Source: Nitrospirota bacterium (GTDB taxonomy: Bacteria; Nitrospirota; Thermodesulfovibrionia; Thermodesulfovibrionales; UBA9159). From it: 64,000 nt of DNA. This document shows positions 23,857-35,988 of this stretch, one piece after another (the first letter of the stretch is position 1; each line of letters starts with the position of its first letter). Where the stretch lies: contig CAVOUE010000012.1 of the NCBI GenBank assembly GCA_963699545.1, forward strand, positions 32,001-96,000, in the 5' to 3' direction. The position numbers and the translations under genes were made by a program. Under the pieces are notes generated by a model. The model worked only from the letters and a program-made list of their open reading frames with translations, had not been told where the DNA came from and searched no databases.

Positions 23857-25481
23857 ATGAAGAAAAAGATTCTCTGGAGATTCATCCTCATCGGGATCAC
23901 CGTTGTTCTTGCCCTCGTTTTCTTTCTTCCCAATACGCCGTTATTTCAGTACATGCCTGCGTGGTGGAAGAACACCATGCCGAACAAGGGGATAACGCTT
24001 GGTCTTGACCTTCAGGGGGGAGTCCATCTCGTATTTGAGGTGGAGGGCGACAGGGCCGTGGAGATCACCACGGAGAGGATAGGACAGTCTATCAAGGACA
24101 CACTGGGGAAAAAGAAGATCGCTGCAGAGGTGAACAGGAACGGTCTCTTCCTCACGGTCTCGCCCAATTCCATAGAGGTAAGGAAGGCTGTTGAAGACAA
24201 CTATCCCTCACTCACCGCTGTAGAGACAGGGACAAAACTCGTTTATAAGCTTTCAGAGAGGGAAGCGGGCAGGACAAAGGAGACCTCGGCGGACCAGGCA
24301 CTCGAAACTATCCGAAACAGGATCGACCAGTTCGGTGTCGCAGAACCGACCATTCATCGGCAGGGGACCAATGAGATCGTGGTCCAGCTCCCGGGGATAA
24401 AGGACCCGAAACGCGCCATAGAGATCATCGGGAAGACCGCACAGCTTGAGTTCAAGCTTGTGGATGATGCATCGACTGTGGCAGCTGAAGATCCCTGCGG
24501 CCGTCAGACCGGGAGAAGAAGATGCCCTGCTGGCAAAGTTTGCCGGAAAGATACCTGCTGATGACGAGATCCTCTTCGAGAAGTCGGTGAACAGGGAGAC
24601 CGGTGAGGTCAGAAAAAGACCGATCCTTCTGAAGAAACAGGCGCTGATGACGGGGGACCTCCTCACCGAGGCGAAGGTGAACATCGACCAGAGGTTCAAC
24701 GAGCCCTATGTCTCCATAACCTTCAATGCGGTGGGTGCAAAGCTTTTTGAGGATATCACTGCGGCGAACGTTAAAAGGAGGACTGGCCATCATCCTTGAC
24801 GGGAGCGTCTATTCAGCCCCCGTGATACAGGAGAGGATATCCGGTGGAAATGCACAGATCACGGGGAGATTTTCCATGGATGAGGCAAAGGACCTCGCCA
24901 TCGTGCTCAGGGCGGGCGCACTTCCGGCGCCGGTAAAGATGCTCCAGAATGTCACGGTCGGACCGTCCCTCGGAACGGACTCCATCGAGGCGGGAAAAAT
25001 GGCCGGCATCATCGGGACCGTCCTTGTGGTCATCTTCATGATCATCTATTACAGGCTTTCGGGAGTGATCGCAGATTGTGCCCTCGCCCTGAACATCGTG
25101 CTCCTCCTCGGCGCCATGGCGTCCCTTAACGCCACGCTGACGATGCCGGGCATCGCGGGAATCATCCTCGCCATCGGCATGGCGGTGGACTCCAACGTGC
25201 TGATGTTCGAGAGAATAAGAGACGAACTGAAGACAGGAAAGACCCCGAGGGCGGCAGTGGATTCGGGATACGACAAGGCCTTCTGGACGATATTCGACTC
25301 CCATGTGACCACCCTCATCACCGCGGCGGTCCTCTTCCAGTTCGGCACAGGACCGATAAAGGGGTTTGCGGTGACCCTGAGCCTCGGCGTTGCCATAAAT
25401 CTCTTTACCGCTCTCATAGGTACAAAATCGATATTCGACCTCATCAACAGCAGGCAAGAGGTCAGGAAGCTGAGCATATAG
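23857..25481 (+). CDS. secD: Protein translocase subunit SecD (two frameshifts, near 24485 and 24775)
   Basis: [39 protein letters not shown] across three ORFs. Confidence 0.95.
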
Positions 25482-25489
25482 GAGGCAGG

Positions 25490-26404
25490 ATGTTAGAACT
25501 CATCAAGGATACAAAGATCGATTTCCTCGGGAAAAGAAAATTCGCATTCGTTTTTTCAGGGATACTCTCGATCATAGGAATCATCACCATTGTCCAGATA
25601 GCGAACGGAAGGGCGAACCTGGGGATAGACTTTGCGGGGGGCACGTCCATGCAGCTTAAGTTCGAGAGGCCCGTAAACCTCCACGAGGTGAGAAAGGCCC
25701 TGGAAGAAGGCGGTGTCAAGGACTTCGACCTCCAGGATCTCCCCGCAGTGAAGAAGATTCTCATCAGGGAGAAAAAGACCACTCAGCAGCTGGGGCAGGT
25801 CTCGGAGATGATCACGGGGATCATCAGCAAGAAGTTCCCTGATAACAGGTATGTGGTGGATTCCACCACTGAGATCGGGCCGAAGGTCGGCGGAAGATTG
25901 AGGGCCGACGCGGCGCAGGCGATCGCCATGGCGACGCTCGGGATACTTATCTACATCGCCATACGGTTCAAGTTCGACTTTGCGGTGGGCGCCACGGTTG
26001 CCACGTTCCATGATGTCCTTGCGGTGCTCGCGGTATTCTATCTTCTTGGAAGAGAGATAAACCTCATCCTTGTGACAGCCCTTCTCACCATCGCAGGGTA
26101 TTCCCTCACCGATACGGTAGTTGTCTTCGACAGGATAAGGGAGAACCTCCGCACAAAGTTCAAGGAGCCCATAGAGGCGGTCATGAACCAGAGTATCAAC
26201 GAGGTCCTCTCAAGGACGATTGTCACGTCCTTTACCGTGCTCCTCACCTCCCTCGCCCTTTTCTTTTTCGGTGGAGAGGTGTTGCACGATTTCAGTCTCG
26301 CTATGATCCTCGGAGTCATCATCGGCACGTATTCCTCCATCTTTGTTGCAAGCCCCATCGTGCTCCTTTGGGAAAAGAAGGGCCTTTTCAAGAAACGCAA
26401 ATGA
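25490..26404 (+). CDS. secF: Protein translocase subunit SecF
   Basis: GIDFAGGT, GYSLTDTVVVFDRIRE, GTYSSIFVA. Confidence 0.97.
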   Translation: MLELIKDTKIDFLGKRKFAFVFSGILSIIGIITIVQIANGRANLGIDFAGGTSMQLKFERPVNLHEVRKALEEGGVKDFDLQDLPAVKKILIREKKTTQQLGQVSEMITGIISKKFPDNRYVVDSTTEIGPKVGGRLRADAAQAIAMATLGILIYIAIRFKFDFAVGATVATFHDVLAVLAVFYLLGREINLILVTALLTIAGYSLTDTVVVFDRIRENLRTKFKEPIEAVMNQSINEVLSRTIVTSFTVLLTSLALFFFGGEVLHDFSLAMILGVIIGTYSSIFVASPIVLLWEKKGLFKKRK

Positions 26405-26480
26405 GAACTAAGAAATGAGAACGGGGAACCTGGAAACGTTCGCGATTCCCTATTCCCCATTTCTTATTTCCTAGTTGATC

Positions 26481-28232
26481 ATGAACAGACGATGGCTCAT
26501 AAAGAGGACGAATCCTGAATATACCCTCTATCTGTCTAAAGCCGCATCCATATCCCCTGTTCTGGCGCAGGTACTGATCAACAGGGGGATAAAGACTCCC
26601 GGCGAGGTAAAGGATTTCCTCTCTCCCGGAATCACAACCCTTTCAGATCCCTTCGACCTTCCGGACATGTCAGCTGCCGTTGAGAGGATCAAGGTTGCAT
26701 TTCACCGCGGTGAGAGGGTCCTGGTCCATGGAGACTATGATACCGACGGCTTAACTGCCACGTCCATCATGACCCATGCCCTCAAGGCCATGGGCATGGA
26801 CGTCCATTATTTCATCCCCAACAGAATGACCCACGGATACGGCTTTAACATGCCCTCGGTTGATGTCGCCGGGAAGCTCGGGGCAAAACTCATCATCACG
26901 GTGGACTGCGGCATAACGGCCTTCGAGACGGCTGCAGCTGCAGCGGAAAGGGGAATAGACGTCATAATCACCGACCACCATGAACCATCAAGAAAAAGTT
27001 CGACGCTGGGAGTTCGGAGTTCGGAGTCCAAGAACGAACCTCAAGACTTGGAACTGCCCGAAGCTGTTGCGGTCATTGATCCGAAAATCTCCGCTTTCAA
27101 ATCCCCGATTTCGGACCTGTCCGGAGCCGGTATCGCATTTAAGGTGGTGCAGGCGCTGGCCCTGGACGATGCATTGCCTTTGTCAGTGGATGATTCCCTC
27201 GCCCTCCTTGACCTGGCTGCCCTGGGGACACTGGCCGACGTGGTACCCCTGACCGGTGAAAACAGGATCATCCTGAGGGAAGGGATGCGCCACATCCAGA
27301 GCGCCGACCGACGGGGCATTAAATCGCTGATCGAGGTATCCGGGCTCCGCGACAGGGAGTTAAGGGCGGGACTTCTCTCTTTCACGCTGGTACCAAGAAT
27401 AAATGCATCGGGAAGGATCGGTGATTCAGGGGATGTCGTCAGCCTCTTCCTTTCCGGTTCAGATGAAGAGACTCTCTCCATAGCGGAGAAGCTTGACCGG
27501 ACAAACTCTGAAAGGCAGAGGATAGAAGAGGAAACCTATCAGGAGGCCCTTGCGCAGCTCAGGGGAAAGAGATATGATGCCGCTGTCGTCCTCGCCGGCG
27601 AAGGATGGCATGCAGGTGTCATAGGGATTGTCGCTTCAAGGATCATGGAGGAATGCTACCGGCCGACCTTTATCTTTACCCTGGCTGATGGTGTCGCAAA
27701 AGGCTCTGCAAGAAGCATTCCGGCGTTCGACCTGTATAACGGTCTGTCCGCCTGCAGCGATCTCCTCCTGTCCTTTGGAGGCCACCGGCAGGCAGCGGGA
27801 GTGAAACTGAAGGAATCAGACATCGTGCGCTTCGAAGAGAGAATGAACGCGGTGGTGCGTGATACCCTTCAGGCCGACGATTTCACTCCGACCATCGAAA
27901 TCGATACAGAGCTGTCTCTGTACAATGTGAATACCGGCCTTGTGAGAGAACTGTCTCTGCTTGAGCCTCTGGGGTCCGGGAATCCTGAACCCATCCTTGG
28001 CGCGAGAAAGCTGGACGTCGTGAATCCGCGTGTTGTGGGTAAGAATCATCTCAAGATGAAATTAAAGCAGAAGGCATTGTCCTTTGATGCCATAGGTTTT
28101 GACATGGGCAGCTTCATCGAGCACCTCAGTTCGTCCTTATCAGTGGATGCGGCATTCACGCCCACGATAAACGAATGGAACGGCAACAGATACCTCCAGT
28201 TGAACCTCAAGGCATGCAGGCCGAGCAGGTGA
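26481..28232 (+). CDS. recJ: ssDNA exonuclease RecJ
   Basis: GDYDTDG, TVDCG, TDHH, PRINASGR, GSARS, GGHRQAAG. Confidence 0.97.
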   Translation: MNRRWLIKRTNPEYTLYLSKAASISPVLAQVLINRGIKTPGEVKDFLSPGITTLSDPFDLPDMSAAVERIKVAFHRGERVLVHGDYDTDGLTATSIMTHALKAMGMDVHYFIPNRMTHGYGFNMPSVDVAGKLGAKLIITVDCGITAFETAAAAAERGIDVIITDHHEPSRKSSTLGVRSSESKNEPQDLELPEAVAVIDPKISAFKSPISDLSGAGIAFKVVQALALDDALPLSVDDSLALLDLAALGTLADVVPLTGENRIILREGMRHIQSADRRGIKSLIEVSGLRDRELRAGLLSFTLVPRINASGRIGDSGDVVSLFLSGSDEETLSIAEKLDRTNSERQRIEEETYQEALAQLRGKRYDAAVVLAGEGWHAGVIGIVASRIMEECYRPTFIFTLADGVAKGSARSIPAFDLYNGLSACSDLLLSFGGHRQAAGVKLKESDIVRFEERMNAVVRDTLQADDFTPTIEIDTELSLYNVNTGLVRELSLLEPLGSGNPEPILGARKLDVVNPRVVGKNHLKMKLKQKALSFDAIGFDMGSFIEHLSSSLSVDAAFTPTINEWNGNRYLQLNLKACRPSR

Positions 28233-28236
28233 AGCT

Positions 28237-29070
28237 TCACGGCTTGTAATACATTAACCGGCGGGCATAGGGGGCGATCCTTTCTACTATCTCCTTCTGC
28301 TCCCTCTCTGTCATTGCCTCGAACCTTTTTGCAAACCTCACGTTCTCCTCAAGCTGCTCAACGCTGTCGCAGCCGATGACAACGGTGGTTATGGCCTGGG
28401 AAAGGGCGTACCGGTAAAAAGGTTCCGGAGATGAAAATCCCGGCAACCTTGCCGCCAGCCCCCTGAAATAGACTTTCATGCCGACAATGCCCATTCCTTT
28501 CTTCCTGGCAACAGGGATCACCGCATCGATAAAACTTTCATGTTGGGGCTCCGCAGGGTTCACCGGCATGAGCACCGTATCAAAATTGAACTGCTCGATG
28601 CATCGCCTGATGATGGACGGATCGTGGTGCCCTGTCACTCCGACAAATCTCACGAGACCTTTCTCCCTGGCTTCGACAAATGCCTCCAGAGCTCCTCCTG
28701 GACCGAATATCTCTTCTCTATCCTCGTCCGTCCGCACATCGTGGACCTGCCACAAATCCAGATGATCGGTCTTCATAGTGGTGAGCGTCTCGCGGAGATG
28801 ATGCAGTGCGCCTTCCTTATCTCTTGCGTGGGATTTGCTCGCAAGGAAAATATCTCCTCTTCTCTCTTTTAAGGCTTTGTCGTAATACGATTCACTTCCC
28901 GAATAGGCTCGCGCTGATTCGAGATAACTGATCCCGAGGTCTATAGCCTTATTGATTAACTGATACGCCTCCTTTTCATATCCGAAGGTCCGGAGGATCC
29001 CTTCGCCGCCAAGGCCAAGGATGGTCACTTCGACGCCGGTTCGACCAAGTCTTCTCTTCGGCAGGCTCAT
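28237..29070 (-). CDS. Aldo/keto reductase
   Basis: RRLGRTG, DHLDLWQVHD, GVTGHH, GMGIVGMK. Confidence 0.9.
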   Translation of the reverse strand: MSLPKRRLGRTGVEVTILGLGGEGILRTFGYEKEAYQLINKAIDLGISYLESARAYSGSESYYDKALKERRGDIFLASKSHARDKEGALHHLRETLTTMKTDHLDLWQVHDVRTDEDREEIFGPGGALEAFVEAREKGLVRFVGVTGHHDPSIIRRCIEQFNFDTVLMPVNPAEPQHESFIDAVIPVARKKGMGIVGMKVYFRGLAARLPGFSSPEPFYRYALSQAITTVVIGCDSVEQLEENVRFAKRFEAMTEREQKEIVERIAPYARRLMYYKP

Positions 29071-29095
29071 AGGAAAAAGTTCATCGAAAGACCAT

Positions 29096-29353
29096 CTACT
29101 CTTCCACTACCTTATAGACCACATCATGCTCGCGCACATGTTCCTTCACTTTGATACCGATGTCAGCGCCTTTCTCTGCCAGGTTAATATCTTTATGCTC
29201 GATCTGGATGGAGTCCACTTTCTGAATGAAATCAGAGGTATGGCCCTTGATGTGAACAGTGTCGCCCACTGTCAGTTCACCCTCCAGAACTACCGCCGCC
29301 ACTCCCAGGTGCGAAAAATAATGGCTAATGACGCCTACCCTTTTCTCTTTCAT
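29096..29353 (-). CDS. Small translation-elongation-factor-like beta-barrel protein (U32 peptidase C-terminal-like)
   Basis: MKEKRVGVISHYFSHLGVAAV...VGDTVHIKGHTSDFIQKVDSIQIEH; SD AAGGAGG before ATG 29353. Confidence 0.75.
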   Translation of the reverse strand: MKEKRVGVISHYFSHLGVAAVVLEGELTVGDTVHIKGHTSDFIQKVDSIQIEHKDINLAEKGADIGIKVKEHVREHDVVYKVVEE

Positions 29354-29460
29354 ATGGCCCTCCTTGAAAAGAGATGTGTTTACGCGCAGACCGCCCCTTC
29401 TCCTTTTTAGATTATAGCAAGTTTTTGAGGCAAGCGTTACAGGAAGGACCCTCTCTGTGA

Positions 29461-29640
29461 TCATTCAATCGTTATGGCCCGAAAAGGACAGGCATATATT
29501 ACGCTCTTGTGTTCTTCGAATACGAACTTTTCATGGTTTATCACCCATGCCTTCTCATCTCTCATCGTGAAGAACAGGGGGTAAAGTTCAACACACGCGC
29601 CGCATCCTGTGCAAAGGCTGTAATCGATATACGGTATCAA
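29461..29640 (-). CDS. Single-cluster ferredoxin, 59 aa (not in ORF track)
   Basis: Manual translation from TTG 29640, overlapping the upstream stop (TTGA): MIPYIDYSLCTGCGACVELYPLFFTMRDEKAWVINHEKFVFEEHKSVIYACPFRAITIE*. Carries CxxCxxC...CP. Confidence 0.85.
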   Translation of the reverse strand: MIPYIDYSLCTGCGACVELYPLFFTMRDEKAWVINHEKFVFEEHKSVIYACPFRAITIE

Positions 29641-30545
29641 GAAACATCCACCCCTTCCGCCTTCTGCCCCGTTATCTGCCTCAACCTCGCAGCGTTCTTT
29701 ATCGCCGGGGAGCCGTGGTTGTTGAACATCACAAAGGTTTCCTTTGCCTTCCTGGATACTTCAAAGACCGGTGGGACAAATTCCTTCAGTTCCTCATCCG
29801 AATAGGAATATTGGTACCTCAATGAAGTCCCTATTCCCTTCTTCAGCCAGGTTTCCTTGTTCCTCCCGTGTAACCGGAAATAGGCGGTATCTGTGGTAAC
29901 TTCAGGGATGAAGGGAACTGTGGCGAGGTTGCCGTACTGGGGCTCATCCGCTGCGATGTAAGTTATGCCATGCTTCCTGAGGAAAGGGAACACTGATCCC
30001 CTTGTTTCAGGAGTGAGCCAGCTTCCATTCCTGAACTCAACCCCCATGGGCACATTTCCCATGGCCTCCCTGCAGAACAGAATATAGTCAAGGTTTTCAG
30101 GTTTATGGATGAAGTGCCGCGAGTACTGGAATACGCTTATGCCCAGCTTGCCGGCCTCTTTAAGGGGCCTGAATGCTTCCTTGAACACTCTGAAGGCGGC
30201 TTCAAGGGGCGTTTTCTCCTTCACCATGACACGGTCCTTTCTGAGCGCGTCCGCTGGAAGCATGGCCCTCACTTCCGGAGGGATTGACATGAGATCGGCA
30301 CTGTGGCCGGTGAGCAGGGCATACGCCTTGACATGAAAGACAAACCCGGCAGGAGTTCGCTCCGCCCACTGCCTCACCGTCTTTTCTGCGGGAATGGCAT
30401 AGTAGCTTGAATCCACCTCGACAACGTCAAAAATGTTTGCATAGTATCTGAGCCTGCTTTCGGCAGTGTTGACCCCCTTTGGATAAAACTCCCTGCTCTG
30501 AACAAGGGTCTTCTCCGCCCAGGAACACATGCCGATACGAATCAC
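29637..30545 (-). CDS. DUF72 family protein
   Basis: RIGMCSW, VEVDSSYYAIP, FHVKA, VEFRNGSW, YFRLHGRN, MFNNH. Confidence 0.92.
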   Translation of the reverse strand: MIRIGMCSWAEKTLVQSREFYPKGVNTAESRLRYYANIFDVVEVDSSYYAIPAEKTVRQWAERTPAGFVFHVKAYALLTGHSADLMSIPPEVRAMLPADALRKDRVMVKEKTPLEAAFRVFKEAFRPLKEAGKLGISVFQYSRHFIHKPENLDYILFCREAMGNVPMGVEFRNGSWLTPETRGSVFPFLRKHGITYIAADEPQYGNLATVPFIPEVTTDTAYFRLHGRNKETWLKKGIGTSLRYQYSYSDEELKEFVPPVFEVSRKAKETFVMFNNHGSPAIKNAARLRQITGQKAEGVDVS

Positions 30546-30589
30546 AGGCCACTCACGATCAACTCCGGCGACCCTGTCAAGATTCCGAC

Positions 30590-31015
30590 CTATTCCTGTG
30601 CTTCACCCATTACCTGAACGATCAGTCTTCTTTGTCTTCCTCTGTTGTCGAAGTCAATGAAGACGATCTGCTGCCATGTTCCCAGTGCCAGCTCGCCTCT
30701 TATCACCGGGATGCCGAGAGAAGGTTTCATGAGGGCTGCCCTCACATGGGAGAAGCCATTCCCGTCTCCCCATCGTTTGTCATGTTCATAGGGGATATTG
30801 GAAGGCGCGATCTTCTCTATCGCTTTCTTAAGATCGTTCACCACCCCCGATTCATATTCAATGGTCGTTATCGCCCCGGTTGAGCCGGTGCAAAAGACCG
30901 TGACCAGACCGTTTTCGATCTTAGACCCGTGCAAAACTGAGAGCACCTTGTCCGTAATGTCGATGATGTCGGTAAACCCTTTTGTATTCAACGAGATGGT
31001 ATCGGTGATGATCAT
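30590..31015 (-). CDS. yjbQ: YjbQ/UPF0047 family protein
   Basis: [34 protein letters not shown]. Confidence 0.92.
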   Translation of the reverse strand: MIITDTISLNTKGFTDIIDITDKVLSVLHGSKIENGLVTVFCTGSTGAITTIEYESGVVNDLKKAIEKIAPSNIPYEHDKRWGDGNGFSHVRAALMKPSLGIPVIRGELALGTWQQIVFIDFDNRGRQRRLIVQVMGEAQE

Positions 31016-31119
31016 GGGTCATTTTAGCACTTTTATGGAGGATTGCGGAATGGCTGTTTCACCGACGAAGACGCAGTTCCTGGAAATCGAAACAGGTGGA
31101 GATCACTTGCTGGAACATG

Positions 31120-31155
31120 CAAAAAAAAGGGCGCGGGAAATTCCCCTCGCCCTGT
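31120..31155 (-). terminator. Intrinsic terminator of the 56-aa gene
   Basis: Minus strand AGGGCGAGGG-GAATTT-CCCGCGCCCT followed by a T run. Confidence 0.7.
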
Positions 31156-31190
31156 ATGAAAAAAAACCGCTATGAAAGCTTTATTTCTCT

Positions 31191-31361
31191 CTATGGAACT
31201 TCTCCCGAGGGCATGTCCTCCATCCTATTAATGAGATCCTTGACCGCCTTTTTCTCGATCAGGATTCCCTTTTCTCCGCCAGCCTTTTCGAGCTCCTTCA
31301 GGTAACCCTGGAGTGCATTCATTACCGCAGATGCCTCCAAACCAGTCAATTTCAAATCCAT
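31191..31361 (-). CDS. Small hypothetical helical protein, 56 aa
   Basis: SD AAAGGAG before ATG 31361: MDLKLTGLEASAVMNALQGYLKELEKAGGEKGILIEKKAVKDLINRMEDMPSGEVP. Has a promoter-like TTGACA-16-TAAGCT and a terminator. Confidence 0.7.
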   Translation of the reverse strand: MDLKLTGLEASAVMNALQGYLKELEKAGGEKGILIEKKAVKDLINRMEDMPSGEVP

Positions 31362-31538
31362 CGCCTTGATCTCCTTTCTCGTTGAATGACGTCTTATATT
31401 AGAGCTTACCAGATGCATAGTGGGTGTCAAGCCCCCCAATTCGGTGTTTTGGGGCGTTGACCCGATTATGCACTTCAAAGAGGTAACGACCAGTTTTGTT
31501 AGCCCTGTCGAAGCAGCGCTGAATGCTCACACAGGCGG

Positions 31539-32600
31539 TTACCCAATGCTTTCATTGTCGCCGACTCTGGCCCCTGTCGCGGCCATGCTCTCCTCACTAT
31601 TGTTCGCAAAGAACGTCCCGGCCCTTTCCCTTGCTTCATCCATACTGCTGCTTGACTGGACCCTGGACGCCAAAGAGTGTCCGAATTTATAGTTCCGGGC
31701 GAAGTAGTGGGTAAATTCCTTCAGCCTGCCCAAGCGGTATATGGGGCGATAATCCGCGTTCAGGGCTTCGAGAAAGGCCGCGTAAACATCCGGCAGCGAC
31801 ACCGCCGGCTCCGTGATATCGCCGCCGAATACAGTCCTGGCAATTTCGGCGAAGAGCCAGGGTCTTATCACCGCCCCCCGTCCGAGCATCAATCCGTCGG
31901 CGCCGGATACTCTCAGGCATTTTTCCGCGTCCTCTACCGAGAAAATTCCGCCATTGGCGATAACGGGTATTTTAATGCATTCCTTTATTTCGGCTATATA
32001 TGCCCATCGCGGATTTCTTGCAAAGGGCTCATGTTTGAACCGGGCGTGCACCGTAAGCATATCAACGCCCTCACCTTCGAGCATGGAGCAGAACGTCTTT
32101 AATTTCCCGCTGTCGGCGTCGCTGCCGAGGCGGATTTTCGCACTCAGGGGCAAGGCGGTGCGCTTTCTGGCCTCGGCCACGATGCGGCGGACCTCATCCG
32201 GTTGTTCCATCAGCATGACGCCCGCGCCGAACTTGCTGACCGCCGGCGATGGGCAGCCCATGTTCAAATCAACAGCGTCAGCCTTAAATGCGTGAAGCGC
32301 ATCAATGGCCCGGCCTATCTCTTTGTCAGTGGAAGTCAGGAGCTGATAGGAAAGCGGGCTTTCCCTTTCGGTCCTGATCAGATACGGGGAGATGCGGGGA
32401 TTTTCCGTGGGCAGTCTTTTTGCCGAGAGCATTTCGGTCGACAACAGGCCGACCCCGCCGAAGCCGATCATAATCCGCCGGAGGGCGCTGTGGGTAAGGC
32501 CCGCCATCGGCGCAAGGAGAAGCGGCGGATCGATCAGCAGATTGCGAATCTGTATCGCTTGCGGCTGTGTTTGCACGTTCGTTTCAGCTTTCATCGACAT
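31539..32600 (-). CDS. tRNA-dihydrouridine synthase family protein
   Basis: LAPMAGLT, DLNMGCP, SAKIRLG, TVHAR, IANGGI, GLMLGRG. Start position uncertain. Confidence 0.92.
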   Translation of the reverse strand: MSMKAETNVQTQPQAIQIRNLLIDPPLLLAPMAGLTHSALRRIMIGFGGVGLLSTEMLSAKRLPTENPRISPYLIRTERESPLSYQLLTSTDKEIGRAIDALHAFKADAVDLNMGCPSPAVSKFGAGVMLMEQPDEVRRIVAEARKRTALPLSAKIRLGSDADSGKLKTFCSMLEGEGVDMLTVHARFKHEPFARNPRWAYIAEIKECIKIPVIANGGIFSVEDAEKCLRVSGADGLMLGRGAVIRPWLFAEIARTVFGGDITEPAVSLPDVYAAFLEALNADYRPIYRLGRLKEFTHYFARNYKFGHSLASRVQSSSSMDEARERAGTFFANNSEESMAATGARVGDNESIG

Positions 32601-32644
32601 TAAGGGACACAGTCCCCGCAATAACCTCACTTGTTTGTTTCTTT

Positions 32645-32986
32645 TCAGCAGGTGAGATGAAAGGAGCCTATCACTCTTTTGTCGGGAGGACGGTTGTTGA
32701 AAAGCTCTACAGCCTTCCCGGTCTTTTCGATCTGGACCGTGATGCCGTGAGATACAAGGAAACTGACGGTCCCTTCAGGCACGTGCATAACACCCTCATT
32801 TCCCGTTCCAACAATAAGGATGTCGGGCTTTGCCATGAGGATATCCTTCAGGTCTGCCTTCTGTAGAACATGGCCCTCCTGTCTCCACCAGGATGAATCG
32901 ACCCTGCCGGGATAGATGATGACATCCGAAGTATAGTCTTTTCCGTCAACAGTGATCTTGCCAAAACTGTAATGGTCGATACGCAT
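32645..32986 (-). CDS. Mth938-like (DUF498/598) protein
   Basis: MRIDHYSFGKITVDG, WWRQEGH, IVGTG, FHLTC. Confidence 0.9.
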   Translation of the reverse strand: MRIDHYSFGKITVDGKDYTSDVIIYPGRVDSSWWRQEGHVLQKADLKDILMAKPDILIVGTGNEGVMHVPEGTVSFLVSHGITVQIEKTGKAVELFNNRPPDKRVIGSFHLTC

Positions 32987-33083
32987 GAGTTTATCCCTCC
33001 GCCTTGTGGACCTGGGCTTCATCCGCTTCGAGGCCCTGAACCCGTTTTCGATCAGTCATGTGCATTCCCCCACCCGACCTTCC

Positions 33084-35138
<2,055 letters not shown>

Positions 35139-35218
35139 TTATTTTTGCGGGCTATGGATAATATCCCTGCGCGAGCAAGGGCTTTCACAGGCTCTTTGTG
35201 CGTTCCTGAATTTCTCGT

Positions 35219-35698
35219 TCATATTGAACTCACAAGCTTCAGATCATGAAAATAGATTTTATAGACTCCAAGGTCCCGGGAAAGCAGGCAGTCGGCGTGC
35301 ACGAGGGCATGGGCGCCTATAAGGAAATCGCCGAGGACAAGTTGTCTTCTTGTCAGCACCGTTCTGCACTTAGGGCAGGCTGCCTCAAAAACGTTGCCGC
35401 AATTGCCGCAGGAGAAACGGTCTTTCTTACCCTTTCTGGCAAACCCGGCCCATCGCATTCCGGCCATGTGGAGCGACTTTTCACTCGACGGGACAAGTCT
35501 CATGCCGGTCTCCGCGAGGAACAGTTTAAGCTCCTGTTCCGAGGGAAATCGGGCTGCAAGCTCTGCGAAGACCACCTCACAGAGTATCAGTTTTCCGTTT
35601 GCCAGATGCCTGTCCAGAAGCCTCTTTGAAGATTCACTATGGGGCTCTCCCGGGATCAGGATATCAAGCAGAATATTCGTATCAACAGCGGTGATCAA
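35219..35698 (-). CDS. VapC-like PIN toxin with an inserted Zn ribbon
   Basis: TTG start overlaps the antitoxin stop. AVDTNILLD, VVFAEL, DFLIGAHA, LLSRD; internal CGNC...CPKC. Confidence 0.88.
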   Translation of the reverse strand: MITAVDTNILLDILIPGEPHSESSKRLLDRHLANGKLILCEVVFAELAARFPSEQELKLFLAETGMRLVPSSEKSLHMAGMRWAGFARKGKKDRFSCGNCGNVFEAACPKCRTVLTRRQLVLGDFLIGAHALVHADCLLSRDLGVYKIYFHDLKLVSSI

Positions 35699-35922
35699 TG
35701 GCCCCGAAGCTCCTTCACCAGGTCGTCGCTGCACTGCCCCTTGAGCTTCGTGAGCTTGCCCACCCATTTATCGAAAGGCGACTTTGTAACCGCCTTCTTT
35801 ATCATGATGACCCCTTCATTTTCCTCAAAACCCACATCCTCTCCCGGATGCACCCCGAGTTTATCTCTGACCTTCTTGGGCAGAGTTATCTGACCTTTGG
35901 ATGTAACTTTGGCGACTATCAT
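35695..35922 (-). CDS. AbrB/MazE/SpoVT family antitoxin
   Basis: MIVAKVTSKGQITLPKKVRDKLGVHPGEDVGF; SD AGGAGG. Confidence 0.92.
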   Translation of the reverse strand: MIVAKVTSKGQITLPKKVRDKLGVHPGEDVGFEENEGVIMIKKAVTKSPFDKWVGKLTKLKGQCSDDLVKELRGH

Positions 35923-35934
35923 CGCTGCCTCCTG

Positions 35935-35988
35935 GTAAGGAACTATTTTCCTTACTCTTAGTGTAAGGAAATGATCACCTCCTGTCAA
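35935..35988 (-). promoter_or_regulatory. TA operon promoter with overlapping autorepression operator
   Basis: Minus strand TTGACA(35988-35983)-17nt-TACACT(35965-35960). GTAAGGAA half-sites in alternating orientation at 35935, 35948 (rc) and 35963. Confidence 0.75.
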
